DNA of 64,000 nt from the human T2T-CHM13v2.0 reference genome, Homo sapiens, in assembly GCF_009914755.1 (NCBI RefSeq), contig NC_060930.1, one strand, 5' to 3'. A program made the position numbers and the translations under genes. A model generated the notes under the pieces. That model saw only the letters and a list, made by a program, of their open reading frames with translations, made no database searches and was not told the DNA's origin. Shown piece by piece: positions 43,850 through 57,892 of the stretch (the stretch's first letter is position 1; each line of letters begins with the position of its first letter).

Positions 43850-44349
43850 TGATCAGTTTTCCTTCCTTTTAAGATTCTCTAAAAATGAAACATGCATAGG
43901 AAATATATCTACTTTCTTAATAATACTTGGTTTGAACTAGAAGTTATTCTCAAAGTGTGCTTTTATTGCCTTGTTTTTAGGACATTTATTTCAATCCATA
44001 CAAAACATCCAAATAATTTGGTCTTGGAATCCCATTCATTAGTGAACTAAAGGACCATCCAAAAAAATAACAGTCTGGGGTTACACTTGATCCTTGGAGA
44101 GGAAATATTTCTAGAAATATAAATTCTGTCATTCTCTTTTCTCCTGTAATTTACATAACACTCTGATGGCGGTTTTATGGCCCCTAACAGAGATTTGGCC
44201 CAGAAAAGAGATGCTTAAACTGAGGGTATACCCCTGCTAAGTCAAAATGAATTGTGAAATCACTAGAAATGGCTACAACTTCTCTTCATGTTCTGCAAAT
44301 TGTTTCAAGATGTTTTCTATAAACTTTCACTACTTTTGCTTTATTTTTA

Positions 44350-44920
44350 TTTCATTTAACAAATATTTACTAAGAACACACCATGTGCTAGCCACTAGAT
44401 CTTAAGTGCCAAGTCACTGGTGAGCATAACAGACATTCTTCCTGTACTACAGAGATTACCCTCTGGTGGAGAAAACAGTAAGAATCAAATAACCATGCAA
44501 ATAAATACACCCATTAATTTATTAAAAAAATGTATATTGAGCGCTCCCTGTGTTATGAATCTGTACTAGATTTGTGGAATATAGTACCTGAACCCATGAA
44601 TCTTACATTCTGGTGCACAAATTAAACAGTAAGCAAATAAACAAATAAGTAAATATTATCATGGTGGGTGGTGATATGAAGAAAAATAAAGCTATATAAG
44701 GGCACAGAAAATTTGAGGGGTTGAAATAACATGTTTAGAGAGGAATGGAGTGAGTGAGGGAAAGAATGGTAACAGATAAGGTCAGTGAGATAGGAAAAGG
44801 CCTGGTCTTCTACATGGCAAACAGTGCTTGTTATTACAAATGGTGAAAGTGCACTGTAACAAATACAAGATGTTAAAAGAATGGACAACTGGAAGCCTAC
44901 CCAAGGGAATCAGGGGAAGC
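44350..44920 (-). mobile_element. L2 fragments
   Basis: tcatttaacaaatatttactaagaacacaccatgtgc and similar. Confidence 0.6.
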
Positions 44921-44923
44921 TTC

Positions 44924-46105
44924 TGTTAAGAACTGAATTGTGTCCCCCCAAAATACAAAATTTATTTAACTCTCAATGTAGCAATCAGAAATCAATTAAT
45001 AAGCTGGCATTGGTAAGTTCTTACCATTCAGTAATTACTTTGAATGTAAATGGATTAAATTATCCAATCAAAAGGCATAGAGTGGATGACTGGATTAAAA
45101 AAATTTAAAAAGCAAAACAAAACAAGACCCAACTGTATGCTGCCTACAAGAGACTAATTTCACCTTAAAATACACTCAGACTGAAAGTGCAGGAATGGGA
45201 TAAATTATTACATGCCAATGGAAATAAAAAGAGAAGAGGGGTAGCTATACTTATTTCAGACAAAATAGACTTTGGGTCAAAAACTGTAAAAAGAGACAAA
45301 GAAGGCTATTATGTGGTGATAAAAGCGTCAGTTCATTAAGAAAATGTAGCAATTGTAAATACATATGCACCCAACATTGGAGCATCTAAATATGTAAAGC
45401 AGACATGAAGAGATTTGAAGGGAGACATAGACTGCAACAAAATAATAGTGGGGGACATCAATACCCCCACTTTTAACATTGGACATATCATTCAGACATA
45501 AAGTCAATAAGGAAACATTGGACTTGAATTATACTTTGGGCCAAATGGACCTAACAAACATATACAGAACATTCTACCCAACAGCAACAGGATATACATT
45601 CTTCTGAAGTATACACAGAGCATTCTGCAGAACAGATACTAGGTTAGGCCACAAAACAAGATCAAAATTAAGATCCAAATCATATTGAATATCTTTTCTG
45701 ACCATAGTAGTAGGAAGCTAGAAATCAATAAGAGAAAGGATCATGGAAAATTAGCAAATATGTGGAAATTAATTCCCCATGTGACTGTGTTTGGAAATAG
45801 GGACTTTAAAGAAGTAACTAAGGTAAAATGAGGTTGTAAGAGTGGGGCCTTAATCCAATAGGACTGGTGTCCTCCTTATCAGAAGAAGAGACATTAAGAA
45901 TAAATGTACACAGAGAAAAGACCATGTGAGTACACAGCAAGAAGTAGCCATTTACAAACCAAGCAGAGAGGCCTCAGGAGAAACCAACCCTGCCAACACC
46001 ATGATCTTGGACTCCCAGCCTTCAGAAATGTGAGAAATTAAATTTCTGTTGTTTAAGCTACCCAGTCTGTGCCATTTTGTTATGGCAGCAGTAGCAGACT
46101 GATAA
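44924..46105 (+). mobile_element. MLT1B-like LTR split by an internal L1 fragment
   Basis: tgttaagaactgaattgtgtcccc start; resumes at atgtgactgtgtttggaaatagg; ends ...tatggcagcagtagcagactgata. Confidence 0.8.
44960..45772 (+). mobile_element. L1 (L1MA/PB-like) ORF2 endonuclease-domain fragment
   Basis: Encodes SVITLNVNGLNYPIKRHRV; tgctgcctacaagagac; tatgcacccaac; ggacctaac. Confidence 0.85.
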
Positions 46106-46109
46106 AAAA

Positions 46110-47100
46110 GAGTTAACCCCTTGAAAAGAAGCATAAAGGAACAACATGTGAAAAGCACTTGGTGCATTTGAGAATCTGAAAGAAAGCCGAAGCTAGAGAT
46201 GACACATGAGAGTGGTGCCTGGGGAGATGAGAGAGGTAGAGGGAAGCCAAATCATACAAGGTCTGGTGGACTCTGCGAAGGATTTTGGCCTTTATCCTAA
46301 AGGGCTGACATGATTTGATCTGCATTTTTAAAATCATCTGACTGTGGAGAATTGGAGTAGGGAAAGTGTAGGTGCAGGGAGACCTATCCAAAGGTCCCAG
46401 GTGATAAATTACGCTAGATTTGGGAAGGTGACAGTGGAGTTGGAGAGAAGCGGATTGATCTTTAAGAATGAATTTGTTGGGACAAGGATTTCTTCTACAT
46501 TTCTGGGTTTTTCAGATGGAAGGAAGTTGGTGCCATTTTAGAAGTGGAAAACACTGGACTCACAATTTTATCCCCAACTTGACAGTTCCATTTTGGCCAT
46601 GCTGAATTTGAGATGCTTCTGAAACATCCAAGTGGAGAATCAGTCAGTGAATGAATCTGGAGCTCAGAGAACAGATGGACTGGAAATATAAACTTGGAGG
46701 TCAAAGCATATGTGTAGTAATCAAAATATGCTACAGTTTCAGTTCTCTGTGGACAGGGATTTTATCTGTTTTGTTCACTGATGTATTCAAATGCATGGAA
46801 CAGTGCTGGTATACAGGAGGTACTGAATACATGTTTGTTTTAGGAATGAATGAATGAATGAAGAATGGATAGATTACCTAGGAAAGAGTTTGACATAAAA
46901 TGAGAAACAGATCTAGAATAAAACCCTGGGGAACACCTACATTTATAGGCTTGGAAGAAGAGAATGAACTTACAAAGAAATAGCAAAGGAATTGTCACAG
47001 ACAGAAATTCATAGAGTCCAAGGTTTAAGAAGCCAGGGGAAGAAGGCGCTTCAAGAAGGAAAGAGAATATACACTCTGAAGTGAGTAGCATGCAGCAGCA
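46110..47100 (-). mobile_element. L2 with a nested +strand L2 3' end (46735-46862)
   Basis: Antisense L2 motifs; (GAAT)n tail of the nested copy. Confidence 0.65.
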
Positions 47101-47619
47101 AGCCTAGCATATGAATGAACACTTCCGAATCCTAAAAGCAAGACCAGCTTTAAAATACTTAAATCTGTTTGTCACTGTTGTCAATCTTTGAATCTAATAA
47201 GATTTAATTTATTTTGTGTAAGATTTACCTCAGTTAATAGCCGCTTGGAACTACCTTTGAAAGCACATCTCTGACACATTCTCAGCCTGGGTGGATATAC
47301 GATAACATCATCATTCTTTGTATTAAATTATGACCATAATGACAGTTGGGGAAAAATGTCAGCAACTAATAGAACACCAATAGGTTTTCTTGACAAGCTC
47401 ACTTGGAGTATCCTCTCTGGATGAAAGCTCAATAATTTTTTGCTTTACTACCTCCTCCTGTTACTTCACTCTGTACTCCCTTATACTTCTGCATAAGAAA
47501 AACTTTATTAACTTCATGCATAACCACATAATTTGAGTCATAATTAAGATTCAGATGAGCAGTAAAACAATTTTATATCACCACCTGTATATACCTTCTA
47601 AAAATAGATGTTTATTAGT

Positions 47620-48780
47620 TACTTAGTTTTGGTCAGTCTTCCCTTGGAAGATAATCTACGTGGCAACAAAAACTTTCTCTCTCCTGTTTGCTGCATTCCC
47701 AGACCCAAAACTGTGCCTGATGTATTTTAGGTGCTCAGTAATATGTACATAATAAATAAATGAATACATGCTTAAAGTCGCACGGCAGGAGGTAGATATA
47801 AAAATGCTGGTTGGGTTTGCAGCTTAGTCAGAGATGCAATTCCTAATATCAGGTTACACATTTGAAATCCAAGCAAACATCTTGGCTTGCTAACATCTCT
47901 GGCTGACTTTTAAGCCCCAGCCCCATTTCGGATGTTTCCACATGAAAGCCAAACAGGCATTTTGAACTCCAGGCGTCCCAAACGTGACTCTTTCCTTTTC
48001 TTCCTGCACCACCCTTCCCCAGCCGTCATAAGTTCGCCTCTGAAAGGCTTTTCCTATCTTTGAGAGAAGCATCACCATCCCATCAACCTGTTCATCTGAG
48101 TTACAAAAATTTTCTACCTTCATCAGAAGTCCAACCAATCACCAAATTCTATTAATTTGGCTTCTACAATTTTTTTTCATATCCACCTTCCAAATCATCT
48201 TGGTTCATAGAATGATTTGCGTTTTCCCAGCAGTTGCAGTGATCTCCTAATAGTTCTGGTGCCTCTGGCCTCTCTCTTCTCCAGTCAATATTCCATATTG
48301 TCAGCCAAGATTTGCTAAAATAAGAAACTGATACAAATCTTCATTAACCAACAAGAGAACATCAGTTAAGTTCCTTTTATGCATCTATTCTAGGCTAAAG
48401 GAATAAGTGCTTGAAGCCCACAGAGGGTTCTTTGTCTTAGAGAGGGGCATGGAGACTAGACAGGCTTATGTCACTGCCCTTCTCAGGCTTCTCCTTTACA
48501 GTAGAGTAAAACTTAACCACTTAAGATTATATTCCCAGACCTTTAAGTGCAGACTCTCTTGCCTTTCTAGCTTCATCCCGTATCATTTCCAAAATCCTAA
48601 ATACAGTCTACCTGGATCCTGTGTTGTGTTGAGAGAGTTATGCACTTCCATCCGGAGTTATGCCTTTTTCATCTCATTTCCCTAACTGGAATGAGTTTCC
48701 CTTTCCCCTACGTGCAAGATAAAATGCCATTCATTCTTTGAATCTCAACTCAAATGTTAGCTCACCTATGTGTCCTTACC
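47620..48780 (+). mobile_element. L2 fragments
   Basis: tgtgcctga...gtgctcagta...aaatgaat; tccaaccaatcaccaaattct; tctcaactcaaatgtt. Confidence 0.55.
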
Positions 48781-51308
48781 CATTACACAGACTTCATTTA
48801 TTTCTCTGTAAGAACAATTACAACTGCTGTGGAGCAGATTCTGAGCAACATAGAGACATATGTTCCTAGTGAGTCCATTTGTTGTTGAAGGCCTCTTCTT
48901 ACTAAGTCTTAATCTCTACCTAATTAACTATCTTAGGTATTAAGTTCATATCAACTGCTATGTTTGTAAGAATTTCCTAGATTCCATACTTTATGCTCTC
49001 TAAAGCATTGCCCATCATTGTGCAATGCTGCAATACCTGCTTTGTTCTTTATTTGTAAAGTTCTTGTCTCTGATCTGTAGCAATGGAGGAGCTTGTCATA
49101 ACCCTTTTGGTAGAAAGGCTCATACCATCTTTGGAGTTCAAGATGGAAATGGATCCTCCACTAAACTGAAAAAAAAAAGCCTTTATAACACATCCCATGC
49201 AATATTGTTAAATACTCTGCTTTTCCTTTTCTCTCTGATATGGCTTAGGAACAGTTGCTTATATAATTCATGCTTAATATTGTGTGGGTTACAAAAGGAC
49301 ATGAAAATATCTTTTTATCATGAGTATGGATAGTTACCTTGGGTATTGTTTGATAGCTAAAGTGCTTTCACTGATGACCATCTGACCAGTTTAATTGTCA
49401 GCTGATACATGTCAGAACTCCTTCATATACTGGCTAATTTCTGTCAGTTTCTAAATGATAACTGCTAATGTCAAGGCAGTTCAAAAATAGCAAAAACTTG
49501 ATTTCCTCTTAATATCTTGAAGATCATATTCATGGGCACCAGCGAGTCTGGAAAATAAATCTGATGGATTTTTCTCATCATATTTAGAATAAACAAATTA
49601 ATGCTAGAAATTGTTTCTAACAGGAGATAATAAAGGAAATGGGCAAACAAAAATAAATATATAGCTTCTGTGAGCCAATTGTTTTTTGTAAACTGGATGA
49701 GATTTTTTTAATGTAGGCAAGAATTCTAAAATTATACAGTTAAGCTAAATAACATAGTATTTGTTCCTGTCACAAATTGTCTTTCAATTGGGACCAAAAT
49801 TGGTGTTTAAATGTTGTATTATAAAGAAGTGCATGCAAACTATTTATTAGTGAATATTTATTTAATTTGACAGAGGTAAGTGAGAGTGTTATTTATCCGT
49901 AGCCTGGCCAATTTCAGGCAAGTAATTGCAGGATGAGGAGTAATTCCAGTCCCTGTACCTGCTGGTGAGATCACTGAAGAACTCACTCAGCGTTTGTAGC
50001 ACACAGAATGGCCACGGTTACATACCTGAGTGCATTCACAGTATAACCAAGCCCAAATCCTCGGCCAAATCCCTAAGGGAATCTGGGTTTTACCTTGCAA
50101 ACTTTGGCTGCTAGGCACAGTTACAGAGCCTTGTTATGCTTTAGGCTCTCAATAAAAATGTTTGCCCTGGGTTATTACAAAGACTTTCTTGGTACAGAAA
50201 TTCAGACAAGATCACGAAGCACAGGGTGAAAATACAGGAATGAGCAGAAGGAGCCAATTCTAAAGTTTTCTGAAGTCAGCTCATGCCTTCATAAATAGTG
50301 AGCCTCCTTGGTCGCTCACTGAAACAAAAAAGATGGACATGTAATTTACCTAGAAATATGGATGCCTCTAAATTTTAAAAAGGAAAATCATTTAAAACAT
50401 GACACTTATAAAGTATCTTAAGATAATATTTGGTTTTATACTATGGTATTTTAATGATAATTAGAGAAATTCAATGCTATGAAATTCTAATGATATTCCG
50501 ATACTAACTAGGATAATTATTTTACAAAATCTGAATAATATAATCTCCATTTTTCATCTTTTAAGAAATATCTACATATAATAATTTTCCTTTGTTATGT
50601 ATATCAAAATTCAAATGTTTGTGATTGATACTTATGTTATACTTTTTACTGTTGATCTTAACAATAATCACTCTAATAAGCTTTCTACTTATGCCAGTGA
50701 TAATATTATAGAGTTCCTCTTCCACAATTTGCCTTTGTAATCAAGTTATGAAGCCACATAAAAATTCCTAATATGTTATAGTTGCATCTTGTTCTTAACT
50801 CAAATGTCATTGCTCATCTTGATTATTTATGTTGTTTATCATAAGGAATTCCAACTGATTTTTCACAGCCCCCCAAAATAAAATTTGTCCCTTAAGTTTA
50901 CTTAAAAGAATAGGACATACTTCTGAAAAAAGTAAAAATTGATTCTGAAATATTTAAATGGCTGTTCATGAGAATAAATGCATAACTTCACAAAGTGACT
51001 ATTTCATACAGGAAAGCAATTATTTGGATGTGTAAGGCATGGTATGTGTGGTCATACTTTTTATCTGCTTCCTTATAAATGAATTACCATATTAGCATGA
51101 AAAAATTCTTAGGATCAAGGAGGCTTTTGTTTTAATTGCTGGTTTTAAGTTCATTTGCTTAGCTGAATATTCATTTGGCTTTTGTAATACCTAAAGCAGT
51201 GGGTGAAACCCGGCTCTAGGGGCTTCTTCATGGCCTTTAATTGTTTCAGGAGAAGCTTTACTTTTTATCAATTAATCCTGGGTACCATATTTTGTACAGA
51301 AGATTGAA

Positions 51309-51333
51309 TTTTTTCTTTTTACACAGGTAAGAC
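51309..51333 (+). other. Candidate recursive splice site (polypyrimidine-CAG|GTAAGA)
   Basis: ttttttctttttacacag|gtaagac; AG at 51325-51326 directly followed by a strong donor. Confidence 0.45.
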
Positions 51334-51954
51334 TGGTTTAGTGACATATGGCCATATATAGTAGGTGTTTAATTACTATCTATTAAGTGGATGTTGGATG
51401 TCAGACATGAACTGTCATATTTAGGTTTTCTGACATTTGAGAGAAGCATTCAACTTTGGTGAGATAAGAGAGAAGATTGTGTTTTCACAAAAGCACCCTT
51501 TAGAGAACAGATTGCAGGGATGTGTATTCATAAAGTGACGTATAAACTTTTTTCTCATCTTTAACCACTTTCCTCAATGCCATCTCAAAGCAGCAACTTA
51601 AATTCAGTTATGCATTTGATCCACACAATGTTTATTAAACACCTACTCCATGCCAAAGAGTCTTCCAGGGATGGGGAAAACAGAGCTTCTATGGAGTTTG
51701 CATTCTAATGGAGGGAGTGATAATAATTCTCAAAGATGCTGAAATTCATTTGTGAGCATGTTTCTGATTATTGACAAAATGTGAGTCATAATCCCCATGT
51801 AGTGGAATCTCACTGGCATAATCTGATGAGCTTCATAAACTGTGTCACAGCAGGAAGTGCCAGTTATTTAGTTTGAGCAAATCTAGACAATTTGAATGTC
51901 TAACACCTAGTCTTCTTTCACCCATGTTGTAAATGACCTGCTTAAAAGGAATGG

Positions 51955-52155
51955 TTGAGCCAATCAACAGTAAGTTATTGTATATCTCAAAATTGCTAGA
52001 AGAAGGGAATTTTTATGTTCCCACCATAAAGAAATGATAAATTTTAAGGTGATGGATATGCTAATTACTCTGATTTGATTATTATACAACATATACTTGT
52101 ATTGAAACATACTGTATTTCATAAATATGTACAATTATTATGTGTCAAAAATTTT
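51955..52155 (+). mobile_element. L1MA 3' end
   Basis: tctcaaaattgctaga...ggtgatggatatgctaattactctgatttg. Confidence 0.8.
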
Positions 52156-52980
52156 TTAAATATTTTGAAAAGAGAAATGGGTGACCACTCTAGATTTCAC
52201 AGGAATTAATTACCAAATAACATATCATGAGAGAACATTCTTGGATGTTATTTTAGAAAATAACACATGTATTGTCAGTATGGGAACACTTATTTTTGGT
52301 ACAGTCTTTAATAAAGCCTTTATTCATTTATGTAGGGCCTTGGGGCTCTCAATCTTAGCATTAACCACGTATTTAAGGGGTGATAGGCACAACATAAATT
52401 GAATCATTAGTTTAGAATCGCTCTCCATGAGGCTGCCTGTAGATTTTTGTTATCATCCATCTAAGCCACAGAAATAAAAATCGAGTGAATACTTTTGTTT
52501 ATGTACCATGAATGCATTTCCCAAAAGCAGGAAAAATATTCCTAGCACTAAGGAGGTGTTTGAAAAATTTATTTATTAAGGACCATTTGTTTAGTAGAAT
52601 ATTCACTCAGCTTTTACGGTACAGTACTACCAAGAGTAGTTGGATTTCTGCCTTGGAGTCTTCCACGGTATGACCTCACACAACTCTTTCTCCCAAACAT
52701 CATATGCCAGTCATTACCTGCATATGTCTAAGAGGGCAAGGATCCCACCCTCTATGGCCACCCCAAAGCATACATGCCTCATGCATGAGGTTTATTATTT
52801 ACATTCTTACAAATTGACTTTGGGTGAAGAGTTTACCCTGTATTGCTAAAAATTTGCCTTGAGTGACTTTCCTGAGAAACTGAGGTTCCCTTGGCAGTCA
52901 GTATTTACTGATTCTAAATTCCATTAGAAATCCATGATCTTCTAAGAAAGTTCCTCTAAGTTGATCCTAAGAAGGTATGA

Positions 52981-53457
<477 letters not shown>

Positions 53458-55394
53458 TCTGCTCCATCTTATGGTCTTATTTGAAATACTTTCATGCATT
53501 TGGGGTACCTAGACAAGGAGAGACTAAACAAATGATAGTTTCTCCTCAGCTTCCATTATAGGTTCCATTTTAAGCCTGCTATTGTATATCAATTGCTCTT
53601 TTTTTATTGAAATGTAAAGATAGTTTAATTTTGTTTTATAAAAATAACTCCTAAGAAATAGTTCAAACATGGATATAAAATGCTGTCAATGGAAAAATGG
53701 AGAGAGGTAGAGGTATTTATATTTAGCATTTATTTATTTCTTCATTCAATAACTGTTTACTGAGAATCTCCTATTTGTTGGGATCTGTGGGGCATAAATA
53801 GATAAGATATAATTCTACTTCCTTAGAACCTGCAGTCTAAATGGAAAAATTCTAATCTTGCCCTGAACCAGCAGGAATCTGAATTCCCGTTCAGATATTT
53901 AGACCAACTTTTCTGATGGAAAAGTATTCTGTCTTCACTGTGAGGCATATTTTGAAAGACTGACAATGCTCATTGAGGTGGAAGACAGAGGCAGAGATCT
54001 CTCTGCATTAGGCATCCCTTGCTGTTTCCATTCTACCTGCTGTTTCCAAAGATAACTAGGCTCAGAAGCCCCTCTCTCATGGGTTTCTCTGAGTACATCC
54101 CAATGTTCTTAAGTAATGATGAAGTAACAGGAAAAAAAATTAAAAACCAAAGTTCAGCTATATACCAGCAATATTCCATTTAATTCTCTTAACAATGAGA
54201 TGATATAGATATTTGGCTAATGAAAAACCTGGATACTAAATGGCCAAGCCAAGCCAGGATTCAAAGCCATGTCTATGTGACTCCATAGCCTTGCACTTTT
54301 AAAGTCCTAATTTTGGGGCCTCTTGCTTAGAGATACTTCTCTGTGAAGGTGGCACCTATTCTTGGCAGTGGTGGCCCAGTGAGCCCTTTGTGGGTAGCTC
54401 CCATAGGTTCCTCTCTTGCCTCTCTGGTAACTCCTTTGCTTTCTCAAACAACTCCTCAGGGATTGGACAGTGCAGTGTCACTCTCTCAGCACCAGCTCTA
54501 GAACCCTCTAATGCAGGCAGTTCTCTAGACCACTCCTGAGGCACTTACTCAGGGACTGACACCCCAGACTTGGGGCCTCCTGTCTTGAGACCACAGAGCT
54601 GGAGTTTATCACCAGTGTCTCAGGTCATCGAATAATTTGGCAAAATCTCATATTTCCCTTCATCCTCATCCTTTCTATGCCTGATATGTACACTAAACTC
54701 TGGTGGGGACTCAGCAAACATTTGAGTCAATGTTAGACAGGTGACCCGCCGCCATATCTGTTAGGCATGCATGCAAGGCAGTGCTCATCATCATGCCACC
54801 ATGTGGCCTCTGGCAGTGTCCTTTGTCCCATTCTGAGGAACTGCAGACACTGTGCTTTTGAGTCACAGTGTATCAACTTTTTGTAGTTTTAGTATCATCT
54901 CCGTTGCTTTTTACTGCTATAAGTGCACAGTCCACTTAACCTTCTGGCAAGTTAGCTGCTTTTAACCTGCCATGGAATGGATACTCAGGTATTACAATGC
55001 TTTTTTACATTATACTTAAAAAGACAGATGACAAAACTCCCAGGAAATGACTTCTCTATGAATTAGTGCATTTTTTTAAGTTTTGAATCTACCAAATTAA
55101 TTGTTGCCTGTTCTAGGGGCATTTTTGCTTCCTCCGTGGTTCTCACTTATATCATGTTATTTGTGTTGCTGAGTCTTTGGAAAAAGTGATTGCAAAGGCT
55201 ATTTTCTTTTCCCTTGTTCCCACAGATTCTAGATGGGGGTTTGACCTTGTGATTTTCTGCAGTTTCTTTCCTACTTAGCCATTTTTCAGCCAAAGAGGTT
55301 TCTGCTAACATGTAGAATTCCTTTTATGAGGAATCCATGCTATCATCAGTGCGGAGTGATATGTGAGTCATAATTACTATATTCATAAAACTCC

Positions 55395-55940
55395 TAGAAA
55401 TGTAGAATGATAAGATATTTTACAGATTAGTTTGTCTCGTCTTCTTATTTTCAGTCTGAGAAAATGCAGACCATGGAGATTAAGGGATTTGTTCAAGGTC
55501 CCAGAGATAGTGGGCTCCAAATCAGAAGAAAATCTCAACTTCTAGCTCTAAGTCCATTGCTTTTCCCTCTCTCAATACCTATTGCTTCTTCTTAAAAAGA
55601 ATCAGGAATATCTATTAAATGATTGTAGATTTTATATTTAAGTTTTTGAGTAGTTAGTCTCCTGTAGGTGAGCATTCCTTGGAAGACAAAGCAGCAAAGT
55701 CAAAAATGTATGAATTTAGAAGCCAGACAGACAATAACCAAATAGAGGTTCTATCATTTCCTACCTATGTGATAATGGAAAAGCTATTTTCCATTATTTC
55801 CATATTTTATCTACACCTCAGCTTTCTGATCTGTAAAAACTGAGATTATAACATCAACATGTAGGGTTACTGTGAGGATTTTAAAAATTAATATTATATA
55901 GTGTTTAGAACAGTACTCAGCACATAGTAAGTATTCAGTC
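55395..55940. mobile_element. Two MIRs (55395-55560 minus; 55690-55940 plus)
   Basis: MIR core motifs in both orientations. Confidence 0.6.
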
Positions 55941-56204
55941 AGTGAGATGTGCAGTTCTTGGATGTCTTCTTCCCCTTTATCTGAAACAGGTAACTTTTTT
56001 TTTCCTTTATGCTTAAAAGAGTGAATTTTGTTGCAGTGTTATTATTTTAGGTTTGTGATAAATCTTACAAACAAACTAGTGTGTAAACAAGCTTAAAATA
56101 CACTTTTGATTTGCACTTTTTTTTTTAAAGTCCTGATCTCATTCCCCTCATAGACTGGGGAAAGAGTGAATGTAGATTTATGAAGACATTTACATGTCAT
56201 AGCC

Positions 56205-56412
56205 CAGCATTTCCCAAACTGTGGTCTTGGACTTAGACCACTTGCATCAGAATCATCTGTGGGGATTGTTTAAAGAAGAAGATTCCTGGACTCCACCACA
56301 GACTCATAAATACTGTATCTTCATCACAGATCCAGTGATGAAGAGGCCCAGGAACCTCTGTGTTATAACAAACACAAAATGTGTTTTTATACACTAATTT
56401 TTGAGAACCACT
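56205..56412. mobile_element. MER5A-like hAT-Charlie DNA transposon
   Basis: TIR-like ends cagcatttcccaaact...tttgagaaccactg; gcatcagaatca core. Confidence 0.8.
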
Positions 56413-56554
56413 GTTATAGATGAATTGCCAGTGAAACTCCAGATTACTTGACCAAAAATATTACTTTAATCATGCTACTTCCCTGTTTTCTCACTTGTCT
56501 TCAATTGGCCAAGGAGGGCTATCAGGCTGTGTGAACCTTATGGCTGTCCTACCT

Positions 56555-56946
56555 TATGGTACACTGAAAATATGCCCCCAAAGATGTCCATGTGCTTGTC
56601 CTCAGGGTCTGGGAATAGGGTACCTTATTTGGCAAAGGAACTTTGCAGATGTGCCTAAATTAAAGATCTTGAGATGGGAAGATTATTCTGGATTATACAG
56701 GTGGGCCAAGTGTCATCAAAAGGGACTTCAAAAGAGAAGGAAGGAGAATCAGAGTTAATACATGATGACAGAAGCAAGAGACTGGAGTGATACAAGGAAG
56801 GGATCCTGAGCTAAGGAAGTTGAAAAAGGAAGGGAAACTGATTCTCCTTTCAGAGTCTTCAGAAGGAACCAGCCCTGCTGGTACCTTGACTTTAGCCCAG
56901 GGAGGCTGATTTTGGACTTCTGACCTCCAGAACTATAAGATAATAC
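56555..56946 (+). mobile_element. MLT1D-like LTR (3'-truncated)
   Basis: tttgcagatgtg...aagatcttgagatgggaagattattctggattat; ggacttctgacctccagaact. Confidence 0.85.
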
Positions 56947-57526
56947 AAGGCATGCTGTCCCTTTGCTCCACTCTGTCCACTACTTCTATGACTTTTTCAA
57001 AGTTCTGAATAAAACCTTTCTCTTGCCTAAAAGCCGTCCTTGGCCCTTCCAGCCAAGAGTTATTTCCCCTTCTCTGAAGTTCTAAGTCAATCAGAATCTG
57101 TGCAATTTATTGTGCATCCAGTTATGAAAAGCTCTGTCTAGGAGTGTTTATATGCAAGATCTTTCAAATCAGAACACCCAGGTTTAAATCCTGATTCTGC
57201 CACAACTACCTTGGAGAAGTTTCTTAGACTCTCCAAATCTCATTGTCTTCATTTGTATAAATCGCATCAGATGGTGAAGTTTAGAGATGCTCCACCTAGA
57301 AGTGAACTGACATGGTGGCTGAATCAGAGTCAGGACTTCACACATGTGGCAATCATGGGAGGCATTGTTCCTTCGGCATAGCTCGGATTATTGTCATAAA
57401 CATGACTATTCAGACCATGTTGTTGACATTTTATTAATATGTTCATGTTTCTGTTTCCCTGTTAATCCCATGAAATTAAGCATGATAATAATTATAATGA
57501 CAATAATAATAATAATAGCAAAGTAG

Positions 57527-57892
<366 letters not shown>

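Noticed and set aside
55226-55362. Strong acceptor (ttttcccttgttcccacag) with a donor TAT|gtgagt
   Set aside because: Stops in all frames, T-rich composition, no other support; likely a pseudo-exon
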